A stretch of DNA of 32,713 bases from Octopus bimaculoides. Lineage: Eukaryota. The stretch is taken from positions 15,832,704-15,865,416 of the forward strand of contig NC_069008.1 of NCBI RefSeq assembly GCF_001194135.2, given 5' to 3'. Below, piece by piece: positions 1 to 9,092 of the stretch (the stretch's first letter is position 1; each line of letters starts with the position of its first letter). A program made the translations under genes and the position numbers. Under the pieces are notes generated by a model. The model was not told the origin of the DNA. It did no database searches and saw only the letters and a list, made by a program, of their open reading frames with translations.

Positions 1-632
1 AATTTTGTTACGAGTAGAAAACATTGTTGATAAAATAATTGATTTTCTGATTGTTGCGTGAATTATCGGCAGCGCTGAATTAGCCATTAAGCAAAATACA
101 CACGAATTGAGGGTGTGGTTGGTACATGTATGAACACCACCATTTGTGTATACTACAACTACTATGACTGTTGATTTTATGAGCTGACTGTTATTTCTAG
201 CGTCGGAGGTGAGCAGTTTACATAAAAACGAATGATGAAAACTGTTGAGATTTTTACGAACAAACTTTATGTTTTGTTGAGAATGCGTGGATGTTATTGA
301 AATGATATTACGATAAATGTTGAGAACTTTTGAACCTTATTAAAACAGAATTCGTTAAATTGTTGCTGGTCGGTTTTTGTAGTGAATATTTCAACCCACT
401 TTCTCGGAAAAGTGAAACTATTTCTTCGGCAATTTCCGTATAAAATATTTATTTCGTTAATGTGTATTTTTCAATCGTTCAGCATTGGTGCCAATTGTTG
501 TTCGTTTGTTAGTTTAAGTGAAGATTTTTCATTTTCTTTGCGTTTAGTTTCATGACGTATTGAAGTCAACATTTACTTTTAAGTTGGGAAGTGAAAGAGG
601 AAAGATATAGCTGTTCACGCGCTCTTGTATGA

Positions 633-836
633 GGGAGTGTGAGTGTACGTGCAAATGTCAATGGTATGCTCAAGGTATTGGAAGAGTGTGAGCAAGATAC
701 TACTGATATTAATAGTAATATGGACTGCTTTATCTGTGCAATTCTGAGCCATAGTGCTGACAACGAAATTTTATATATGGATACAAAGGTGAAATTGAGT
801 TAGATAAGCTCGATCGCTGTTCATCTCTAACAGGTT
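633..836 (+). pseudogene. Caspase p20-domain relic (not in the ORF track)
   Basis: The frame from 633 reads GSVSVRANVNGMLKVLEECEQDTTDINSNMDCFICAILSHSADNEILYMDTKVKLS*, then LDRCSSLTG in another frame. This matches CFICAIMSHGGENE...EKCPSLSG of the intact caspase at 24212-25135. The SHG Gly is changed to Ser, there is a stop at 801-803, and a SINE tail interrupts it at ~832. Confidence 0.8.
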
Positions 837-960
837 GTTGTTGGCACTCCGTCGCTTACGACGTCGAGGGTTCCAGTTGATCCGATCAACGGAACAGCCT
901 GCTCGTGAAATTAACGTGCAAGTGGCTGAGCACTCCACAGACACATGTACCCTTAACCTG
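832..960 (-). mobile_element. SINE 3' tail (family Z) ending in (CAA)n
   Basis: The reverse complement (…ccgttgatcggatcaactggaaccctcgacgtcgtaagcgacggagtgccaacaacaac) matches the 3' end of the SINE at 1669-1921. Confidence 0.7.
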
Positions 961-1165
961 CAGTTGTTCCCTTCAAAATTCCTACATGCTCGAAATGTAC
1001 ATACATCAAGGTATATTTGTAGAAAATTTCACGAAAAAATATTAATTTTCCTGGAAGTTAAGAAGAATTTAAGTGGACTCTGTTGGAATTTCCGAAAATT
1101 GTCTCCCACCCCCATTCCAAAACACTTTCACCGTATATTCGGAATCTACATCATAAATACTATAT

Positions 1166-1606
1166 NNNNNNNNNNNNNNNNNNNNNNNNNNNNNNNNNNN
1201 NNNNNNNNNNNNNNNNNNNNNNNNNNNNNNNNNNNNNNNNNNNNNNNNNNNNNNNNNNNNNNNNNNNNNNNNNNNNNNNNNNNNNNNNNNNNNNNNNNNN
1301 NNNNNNNNNNNNNNNNNNNNNNNNNNNNNNNNNNNNNNNNNNNNNNNNNNNNNNNNNNNNNNNNNNNNNNNNNNNNNNNNNNNNNNNNNNNNNNNNNNNN
1401 NNNNNNNNNNNNNNNNNNNNNNNNNNNNNNNNNNNNNNNNNNNNNNNNNNNNNNNNNNNNNNNNNNNNNNNNNNNNNNNNNNNNNNNNNNNNNNNNNNNN
1501 NNNNNNNNNNNNNNNNNNNNNNNNNNNNNNNNNNNNNNNNNNNNNNNNNNNNNNNNNNNNNNNNNNNNNNNNNNNNNNNNNNNNNNNNNNNNNNNNNNNN
1601 NNNNNT
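1166..1606. other. Assembly gap (others: 3589-3878, 16708-17335, 21733-21832, 26182-27162, 28301-28388)
   Basis: Runs of N. The long X-filled ORFs in the track are artefacts of these gaps. Confidence 1.
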
Positions 1607-1668
1607 CTAAAATAGGCTAGTCTCATCCACATTAAATATTTAATAAAGCCTTCTTCTTCAATTTAAGT

Positions 1669-1921
1669 GAAGGCGCATGGCTCAGTGGTTAGGCCATTCG
1701 GCTCCCGATCGTAAGGTCGTGAATTCAATTCCCGGCGACGCGTTGTGTCATTGAGCGAGATACTTTATTTCATGTTGCTCCAGTCCACACAACTGGCAAA
1801 AATGAGTAGTACCTGTATTTCAAAGGGCCGGCCTTGTCACACTCTGTGTCACGCTGAATCTCCCTGAGAAGTACGTTGATCGTATCAGATGGGACCGTCG
1901 TAACCGACGGAGTGCTTCAAT
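1669..1921 (+). mobile_element. tRNA-derived SINE (family Z), internally deleted
   Basis: A-box TGGCTCAGTGG and B-box-like GAATTCAATTCCC. Same head as 27741-28077 (-); tail matches 832-960. Confidence 0.8.
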
Positions 1922-1996
1922 TAAATCTTTTAATTGGCGAGGAAAAGTTTCTGCAGTTTTTTTATCCGCGCAAGACGATTCTTCACATTGTGTAGA

Positions 1997-2369
1997 TTTT
2001 ACTTTTACTTGTTTCAGTCATTTGACTGCGGCCATGCTGGAGCACCGTCTTTAGTCGAGAAAATTGACCCCAGGACTTATTCTTTGTGAGCCTCGTACTT
2101 ATTCTATCGGTCTCTTTTGCCGAACCGCTAAGTTACGGGGACGTAAACACACCAGTTGTCAAGCGAAGTTGGGAGGACAAACACAGACACACACATATAT
2201 ATATATATACTTATATACGACGGGCTTCTTTCAGTTTCCGTCTACCAAATCCACTCACAAGGCTTTGGTCGGCCCGAGGCTATAGTAGAAGACACTTGCC
2301 CAAGGTGGCACACAGTGGGACTGAACCCGGAACCATGTGGTTGGTAAGCAAGCTACTTACCACACAGCC
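1997..2369 (-). mobile_element. tRNA-headed SINE (family X) with internal TA/TG microsatellite
   Basis: Reverse complement has head GGCTGTGTGGTAAG…GGGTTCAGTCCCAC, CORE-like CCTTGGGCAAGTGTCTT and tail ACTGAAACAAGTAAAAG. At least 8 related copies or fragments occur in the window. Confidence 0.85.
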
Positions 2370-3013
2370 TAGTTTTTTTTTAAATGATCGAACCTACCAT
2401 TGCTCGCTTCAAATGTTTCATTCGATCCATCTGATTTATCCTTAAGCGGATTAAAAAGAGAAATTTCTATACTGCAAATTATAGCCTAAGTAGCATATAA
2501 AGTCTATGAATTTGACCGTTAATCCAAGCTGTCAACAGTTTTTCTGTGCGTGAAATTAAACTTTCATTATCTTTTCGTCGTAAACAAGTTAAATACTTAA
2601 ATACTTAAAGAGCGACTTTCTATAACTCTATTTAAACATCTTCCTTTTGCTTGAAGATGGTATAAACAGATGAAGGAACCATATCAAATTTGTTTGATAA
2701 ATTCTTAAACAGTTGCACCTTTTCGTTTTATTTAATCAATTCGTATTTTATTACTAAAGTAATTGCTTTATGTTTTTTCTTGTCCTTTTCCTTTGCATCT
2801 CAGAAGTCTTTCTTTTTGAATCCATCACAAGGGTATCCTAAAAAAAATTTAAATGCGTAGAAAAATTTGAAAAAAGAAGAAAAAAAAGAAAAAAGATGAA
2901 TGGAACGAAAGAAGATAAAATGCTGGTTCGCGTGAAAGAAGTCGGACAGACAGACACACATCAAACCCAGAAAGCAGTTGCAGACGATCGCTCGAGGTAA
3001 CGGGTGCTGCCAG

Positions 3014-3049
3014 ACCGGAAGTGACGCTCGTTGCCATGGTCACCATTTT
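3014..3049 (+). promoter_or_regulatory. Compact promoter motif cluster: ETS (ACCGGAAGT) overlapping a CRE half-site (TGACG), X-box-like GTTGCCATGGTCAC, YY1-like CCATTTT
   Basis: The motifs are read directly in a CpG-richer patch upstream of ZNF-A. Function is inferred. Confidence 0.55.
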
Positions 3050-3239
3050 TTTTCGTTTTTCGTCTGCAAATCGTAAAGATGAAGTTTCGTAAATCGGTAT
3101 TACATAAAACAAAGTATGCCTCTGTGTGTGTGTGTAGACAAAGGTGGCCCTTATATATATTTAAGGGCAAAATTGAGGTTGAAATTAGTCTCACTGTTAA
3201 TATATTCATTTTCAATTTCGTGTTCTCCGACATTAGTAA

Positions 3240-3469
3240 TGCGCATGCTCAACCAGATGTACAACAGAGCGCGCAAGGGAAGGTTGCTTCTAATGATGCG
3301 TCCCTAATTTAAATCGCATTCATCCGAACAGTAATCTCTTATTATAGAATACAATATCATGGAAAATAAGTTTTACATAATCTATGTATCTATACACACA
3401 CTCACGTTCTGATAATTCATGTGTTTTACATTCTCGCCAATTTCCAGATAATATTCTGATACGCGCGAG
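3240..3469 (+). promoter_or_regulatory. ZNF-A proximal promoter and non-coding exon 1 (NRF1-like TGCGCATGC at ~3240; donor GAG|GTAATG at 3469/3470)
   Basis: Homologous in inverted orientation to 16141-16330, where the NRF1-like site and the donor (GAG|GTAACT) occupy the same positions. Confidence 0.65.
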
Positions 3470-3878
3470 GTAATGGCTTTGTTATTAACCTTGTTTCTCT
3501 CATTCCATCATGTTTTCTTCGATCTTCGATCAATATAACGTTTCTTCTCCTTTGTTTGTTTCTTTGATCTGTCATTAATATTCGTAACNNNNNNNNNNNN
3601 NNNNNNNNNNNNNNNNNNNNNNNNNNNNNNNNNNNNNNNNNNNNNNNNNNNNNNNNNNNNNNNNNNNNNNNNNNNNNNNNNNNNNNNNNNNNNNNNNNNN
3701 NNNNNNNNNNNNNNNNNNNNNNNNNNNNNNNNNNNNNNNNNNNNNNNNNNNNNNNNNNNNNNNNNNNNNNNNNNNNNNNNNNNNNNNNNNNNNNNNNNNN
3801 NNNNNNNNNNNNNNNNNNNNNNNNNNNNNNNNNNNNNNNNNNNNNNNNNNNNNNNNNNNNNNNNNNNNNNNNNNNNNN

Positions 3879-4165
3879 CTTTGTAAGCCTAGTACTTATT
3901 CTATCGGTCTCTTTTGCCGAACCGCTAAGTTACGGGGACGTAAACACACCAGCATCGGTTGTCAAGCGATATTGGGGGCACAAACACAGACACACACATA
4001 TATACATATATACGACGGACTTCTTTCAGTTTCCGTCTACCAAATCCACTCACAAGGCTTTGGTCGGCCCGAGGCTATAGTAGAACACATTTGCCCAAGG
4101 TGCCACGCAGTGGGACTGAACCCGGAACCATGTGGCTGGCAAGCAAGCTACTTACCACACAGCCA
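3879..4165 (-). mobile_element. SINE family X (cut by gap)
   Basis: Near-identical to 2080-2369. Confidence 0.85.
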
Positions 4166-4462
4166 CTGAATGAGTTTTAGAGCAGCTGTCTTTCGAAGTC
4201 CCATACCCCACTGAAATTAAGTGGAACAAAAAGTAAACAAAACAAGTATATCTCCAGGGTGGAGGTAAAGAATACATATATCACCCGTTTTCGGCCTAAC
4301 AAAAACCTTAACCTTAATATAATAACCCTAAACACCGGGTGTACGTATTCTTTATTTTCGCCTAACTCCAGAGTTCCCCCCACCTATCCATCCACCCACT
4401 ACGAACTTTGGGTACTAGTAAAGAAGAGTGGTCCGCGCTAGCTAGTCATGAGTAGTCGATCC

Positions 4463-4684
4463 TATGTATAAATAGATGTATTTGTGTGTCTGTGTTTGTC
4501 CTCCACTCCTTCACCATCACTTGACAACTGATGCTGGTGTGTCTGCGTCCCCGTAACTTAGCAGTTGGGCAAAAGATAGAATAAGTACTAGGCTTACAAA
4601 GAATGAGTCCCAGGGTCGATTTGTTTGACTAAAGACAAGCTCCAGCATGGCCACAGCCAAATAACTGGAACAAGTAAAAGAATA
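4463..4684 (+). mobile_element. SINE family X, 3' half
   Basis: Microsatellite plus tail ending …GGAACAAGTAAAAG. Confidence 0.75.
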
Positions 4685-4689
4685 TACGT

Positions 4690-4867
4690 AGGAGTGGCTG
4701 TAACTTGCTTACCAACTTACAAACTTCCTGTAGCTTGCTTACCAACCACATGGTTCCGGGTTCATTCTCACTGCGTGGCACCTTGGGCAAGTGTCTTCTA
4801 TAGCCTCAGGCCAACCAAAGCCTTGTGAGTGGATTTGGTAGACGGAAACTGAAAGAAGCCCGTCGTA

Positions 4868-4914
<47 letters not shown>

Positions 4915-5100
4915 ATATGTTTGTCTGTCTGTGTTTGTCCCCCCAACATCGCTTGACAACCGATGCTGGTGTGTTTATGTCCCCGTAACTTAGCGGTTCG
5001 GCAAAAGAGACCGATAGAATAAGTCCTGGGGTTGATTTGCTCGACTAAAGGCAGTGCCCCTGCATGGCCGCAGTCAAATGACTGAAACAAGTAAAAGAGT
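4690..5100 (+). mobile_element. SINE family X, near full length
   Basis: Head (with a small internal duplication of GCTTACCAAC), core, (TA)n(TG)n and tail. Confidence 0.85.
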
Positions 5101-5806
5101 ATACGAACTGGATAAATTGAATAACCTAAAAAGTGGATTGACTCAGGGGTTTAGAAGTTGACATTGAGTCATTACCCTATCCCTAACCCTTCAAACTGAA
5201 GTAGATGTAATAGTAAAAAAAATAACAGGTATATTTTTCTTATTGGAGGGCTTATGAGCATTTCCCATGACTTATTCTTAGGTACAGCTTTCGTCTTTAT
5301 GCCTTCCAATGTCATTTGACTGTTCACCTGTACATCAAGCTGTTCTTGATATACAAAGGTGACATAAAAGTGTGCAATGTAGGCCAAATAGCTTGTAAAC
5401 CGTTGGACAAAAGGAAGGTGTAGCCGCAGTCTATAGATCTATTGATTGTAGCACAAGCTTCTATGATTTGATTTGAAAATAATCAGATGTCATGTCTACA
5501 GTTTGTCAGTAAAGAATTGTAAAATTTCCACTGTTGAATGTCTGCTGTTCAATTAATTATCTCATAAAGCTTATGCTGTCGTTTCTCTGTCATTTCAGAA
5601 TGTCTGATGGTATTGGCAGCAGAAGCAATATAGCTTGAGATGATGGTTTAAAGAATAAAGGAACATATACAAAAAACATAAAACTATATTCAGATAAATG
5701 TCTGGTGGAATTGCCATGAAATATTTGCAGAGGACGAGGATATTTGTTAGAAATACAATATAAAAATGGAAAGGAAATCATAAGAAAGAAAGGAAGTTTA
5801 TGGAAA

Positions 5807-7093
5807 ATGTTTGATGTTTGTGCTGCATTAAATGTGAAGAAAGAAAGAAAAAGAAGTGATTTACCTGATAAGATGTCGAAAAAGAAGGGTAAAACTTCAT
5901 ATCAATGTGATATTTGTAAAAAGACATTCCAGAAACAATGTAACCTAACGATTCACAAGAAAAGTCATTCAGGAGAAAAGCCATATCACTGTGAAATATG
6001 TGGTAATTTATTCTTGTTAAAAAATCACTTAACTGTACACAAACGTATTCACACAGGAGAGAGGCCTTACAGCTGTGATATCTGTGGTAAATCTTTCAAA
6101 CAAAGTGGTGACTTAAAGGCTCATAAACGAACTCACACAGGAGAGAAACCATATCGTTGTGATATCTGTGGTAAATCCTTTTCACAAGGCAACCAAGTTA
6201 CTATACACAAACGCATTCATACAGGAGAGAGACCATTTCACTGTGACGTCTGTGGCAAATCCTTCATTGGAAGACATGTCTTAAAGGCCCACAAACGCAT
6301 TCATACTGGAGAAAAACCTTATCACTGTGATATCTGTGGTAAATCATTCACTGGGAGTGGTCACTTAGCCACTCATAAACACATTCATACAGGAGAGAGA
6401 CCTTATCACTGTGATATCTGTGGCAAATCATTCTCTCGTACCCATCACTTATCTTTTCACAAACACATTCATACAGGAGACAAGCCATATCATTGTGATA
6501 TCTGTGGTAAATCATTCTCTCAAAAATCTGGCTCAGTTGTCCACAAACGTATTCATACAAGAGAGAAGCCATATCAATGTGATATCTGTGGTAAATCATT
6601 CTCTCAGGCACATCATGTAACTTCTCACAAAAGCGTTCATACAGGTGAGAAGCCATATCACTGTGATGTCTGTGGTAAATCATTCTCTCAAAAATATGGC
6701 TCAACTGTCCACAAACGTAGTCATACAGGAGAGAAACCATATCACTGTGACATCTGTGCTAAATCATTTTCTCGAACCTGTGACTTAAATAAACACAAAA
6801 TTACTCACACTGGAATCAGACAGCATCACTGTGATATCTGTGGTAAATCATTCTCTGGAAGTGGGGACTTGACTAGACACAACAGGATTCATACAGGGGA
6901 GAAGCCATTTCACTGTGATATCTGTGGCAAATCATTCCCTGAAAAAAGTGTCTTAACTATACACAAACGCATTCACACAGGAGAGAAACCATATCATTGT
7001 GATGTCTGTGGTAAATCTTTCTCTGTAAGTGGTGTTTTAACTAAACACAAACGTATTCATACAGGTGAGAAACCATATCCCTGTATTATTTGA
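5807..7093 (+). CDS. C2H2 zinc-finger protein ZNF-A, 14 tandem fingers (428 aa)
   Basis: Fourteen CxxC-x12-HxxxH units with TGEKP-type linkers. The first in-frame ATG is 5807; the ORF-track start at 5744 is a TTG and that stretch is out of frame in the paralog. Acceptor TTTCAG| at 5598; AATAAA at 7346-7351. Confidence 0.92.
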   Translation: MFDVCAALNVKKERKRSDLPDKMSKKKGKTSYQCDICKKTFQKQCNLTIHKKSHSGEKPYHCEICGNLFLLKNHLTVHKRIHTGERPYSCDICGKSFKQSGDLKAHKRTHTGEKPYRCDICGKSFSQGNQVTIHKRIHTGERPFHCDVCGKSFIGRHVLKAHKRIHTGEKPYHCDICGKSFTGSGHLATHKHIHTGERPYHCDICGKSFSRTHHLSFHKHIHTGDKPYHCDICGKSFSQKSGSVVHKRIHTREKPYQCDICGKSFSQAHHVTSHKSVHTGEKPYHCDVCGKSFSQKYGSTVHKRSHTGEKPYHCDICAKSFSRTCDLNKHKITHTGIRQHHCDICGKSFSGSGDLTRHNRIHTGEKPFHCDICGKSFPEKSVLTIHKRIHTGEKPYHCDVCGKSFSVSGVLTKHKRIHTGEKPYPCII

Positions 7094-7246
7094 GGTAAGT
7101 CATTCTCTGAAAAGAGTATATTATCTATATATATACGTATTCATACAGGAGAGAAACCATATCACTGTGATATCTGTGATCAAACAATCTCTCATCCAAA
7201 TACCTTAACTACACACAAATGTATTCACTGTGGAGATAGACTGTAA
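7094..7246 (+). pseudogene. Two further zinc fingers stranded behind the ZNF-A stop codon
   Basis: The frame stays open after the TGA: [50 protein letters not shown]. The last finger equals the terminal finger of ZNF-B. Confidence 0.85.
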
Positions 7247-7890
7247 AATGATTTCTAGTCAATCCTTTAAAAGTTATTTACATGTGATGTGTATTTGGGA
7301 CAATTGATCAGAAGCTCATGTGATATCTCTACATGGACAATTGCCAATAAATGTCGATCAGTGGAATTCTTCAGTCTAGCTTTACCATGTACAGAGAGAG
7401 TGTTAATGTACAAGGTGTAGGATGATTGCACATACTAGGGTTGGTGGCAGGCAAGGAGTAGAAGAATGTTGCACATTTTGAGAGAGAATCATAGAAACAG
7501 AGGAGGAGGAGGATAAATGAAAGTAGATACATGAGAAGTTATACCAACAGGAACTTATTTTTATTTTAGAATAATAAATACTTTCCTTTTGAAAATTTGT
7601 ATTCATTTCATCATTTTGTGTGGATAAAAGTTAAATTTGTGTTCATACCCTTTCTGTTATTACCCACCGTTCAAGGCTTTGTTGGGTACAATATATCGTT
7701 ATAAAATCACAGGTAATATCACCAGGGGAAGGTTGAATGATGTTTGTTTATCAAATGCAGTGTTGCAGAAATAATGAGATCTAGGTACAGAATCTAGAGA
7801 TATCTGGTGACTGGTTAGAAATAAAGCAAACATGCATCACAACAAAGCATAAATTGTAGTGCAAGAAAAGCAGGAACTTTTCAGCCCCGT

Positions 7891-8120
7891 TACTTACTCT
7901 TTTACTTGTTTCAGTCATTTGACTGTGGCCATGCTGGAGCACCGCCTTTTAGTCGAGCAAATCGACCCCAGGACTTACTCTTTGTAAGCCTAGTACTTTA
8001 TTCCATCAGTTTCTTTTGTTGCCAAACGGCGAAGTTATGGGGACATAAACACACCAACATTGGTTGTCAAGTGATGGTGGTGGGGACAAACACAGACACA
8101 CACAAATACATACATATATG
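7891..8120 (-). mobile_element. SINE family X, tail half
   Basis: Matches 1997-2200. Probably one element with 8545-8706, split at its microsatellite. Confidence 0.8.
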
Positions 8121-8319
8121 TAGATGAGGAATTGTTCTCCGGAATCAGCCAGTCCAAGCCGACCCCACCAAAGAGGCTACAGGCTATTACAGCCCCTATC
8201 AGTATATATGTATACAATTTGAATGCAAGATTAGAGCATTTAGCTCTTATTTCTAGCAATGTAGGTGTTCTCAGTCATATTAAATAATGATTGTAGTTCT
8301 CATATATATATATATATAT

Positions 8320-8545
8320 GCACCATTTCAAGCGTGGCCGTCGCCAGTACCGCCTGACTGGCCCTCGTGCCGGTGGCACATAAAACCCACTACAGTCTTG
8401 GAGTGGTTGGCGTTAGGAAGGGCATCCAGCTGTAGAAACTCTGCCAAATCAGATTGGAGCCTGGTGTCACCTCCTGGTCTACCAGTCCTCAGTCAAATCA
8501 TCCAACCCATGCTAGCATGGAAAGCGGACGTTAAACGACGATGAT
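8320..8545 (+). mobile_element. Interspersed repeat V (SINE-like, tail GGACGTTAAACGACGATGAT)
   Basis: Shares GTTAGGAAGGGCATCCAGCTGTAGAAA with 14128-14320 and ends in a short (GAT)n tail. Family not assigned. Confidence 0.6.
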
Positions 8546-8706
8546 ATATGGTGGGTTTCTTCCAGTTTCTGTCTACCAAATCCACTCACAAAGCTTTGGT
8601 TGGCTTCAGGCTATAGTAGAAGACGCTTGCCCATGGTGCCACGCAGTGGGACTGAACCCAGAACCATGTGGTTGTGAAGCAAGCTTCTTACCACACAGCC
8701 ACACCT
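8545..8706 (-). mobile_element. SINE family X, head half
   Basis: Matches 2215-2369. Confidence 0.8.
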
Positions 8707-8779
8707 ACAAATATCTTTTTTTTTTTTTTTAGGGATTTTGCATAATATATAATATAACGTGATGCTTTCCACATCTATA

Positions 8780-8975
8780 AACATTAGCATGCCGGGTGAA
8801 ATCCTTTGCAGCATTTCATCTGTTTTTGCGTTCTGAGTTCAAATTCGCCATGGTCAACTTTGCCCTTCATCCTTTCGAGGTCAATAAATTAAGTACCAGT
8901 TGCATACTGGGGTTGACCTAATCAAATGGCTCCCTCCTCAGAAATTTTGGGCCTTGTGCCTAGTGTAGAAAAGTA
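8780..8975 (+). mobile_element. tRNA-headed SINE family Y
   Basis: B-box GAGTTCAAATTC and central CCTTCATCCTTTCGAGGTCAATAAATTAAGTACCAG, shared with 16475-16707. Confidence 0.75.
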
Positions 8976-9092
8976 TAATGTGTGGCTGTACCTACTCTTG
9001 TAGCCATGATATTTTCTTGATGTCGGATACAGTGTATCTCTTCCCTCCTGGAACGCTAATACACCGCTTCGTCTATTGTATTATTGCTGATA

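Noticed and set aside
835-1632. Long ORFs spanning N-runs (also 16684-17358 and 26074-27226)
   Set aside because: They consist mostly of X from assembly gaps, plus SINE or microsatellite sequence.
1669-1745. tRNA-gene-like sequences (also 12627-12702, 28005-28077)
   Set aside because: They have A/B boxes but no complete cloverleaf, and they continue into SINE bodies.
2064-2445. Recurrent short ORFs with 'FSFRLPNPLTRLWSARGYS'
   Set aside because: Translations of SINE family X, not a protein family.
5744-5806. N-terminal extension [10 protein letters not shown]… of ZNF-A
   Set aside because: Starts at TTG, has an in-frame stop at 5717, and is frameshifted in ZNF-B.
5778-6740. Antisense and alternate-frame ORFs over the ZNF genes (also 12888-13559, 19590-19790)
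   Set aside because: Shadow ORFs produced by the periodic finger codons.
7091-7093. Selenocysteine codon
   Set aside because: No SECIS identified by eye, and the same finger has also lost its first His (IYIRIH), which favours decay.
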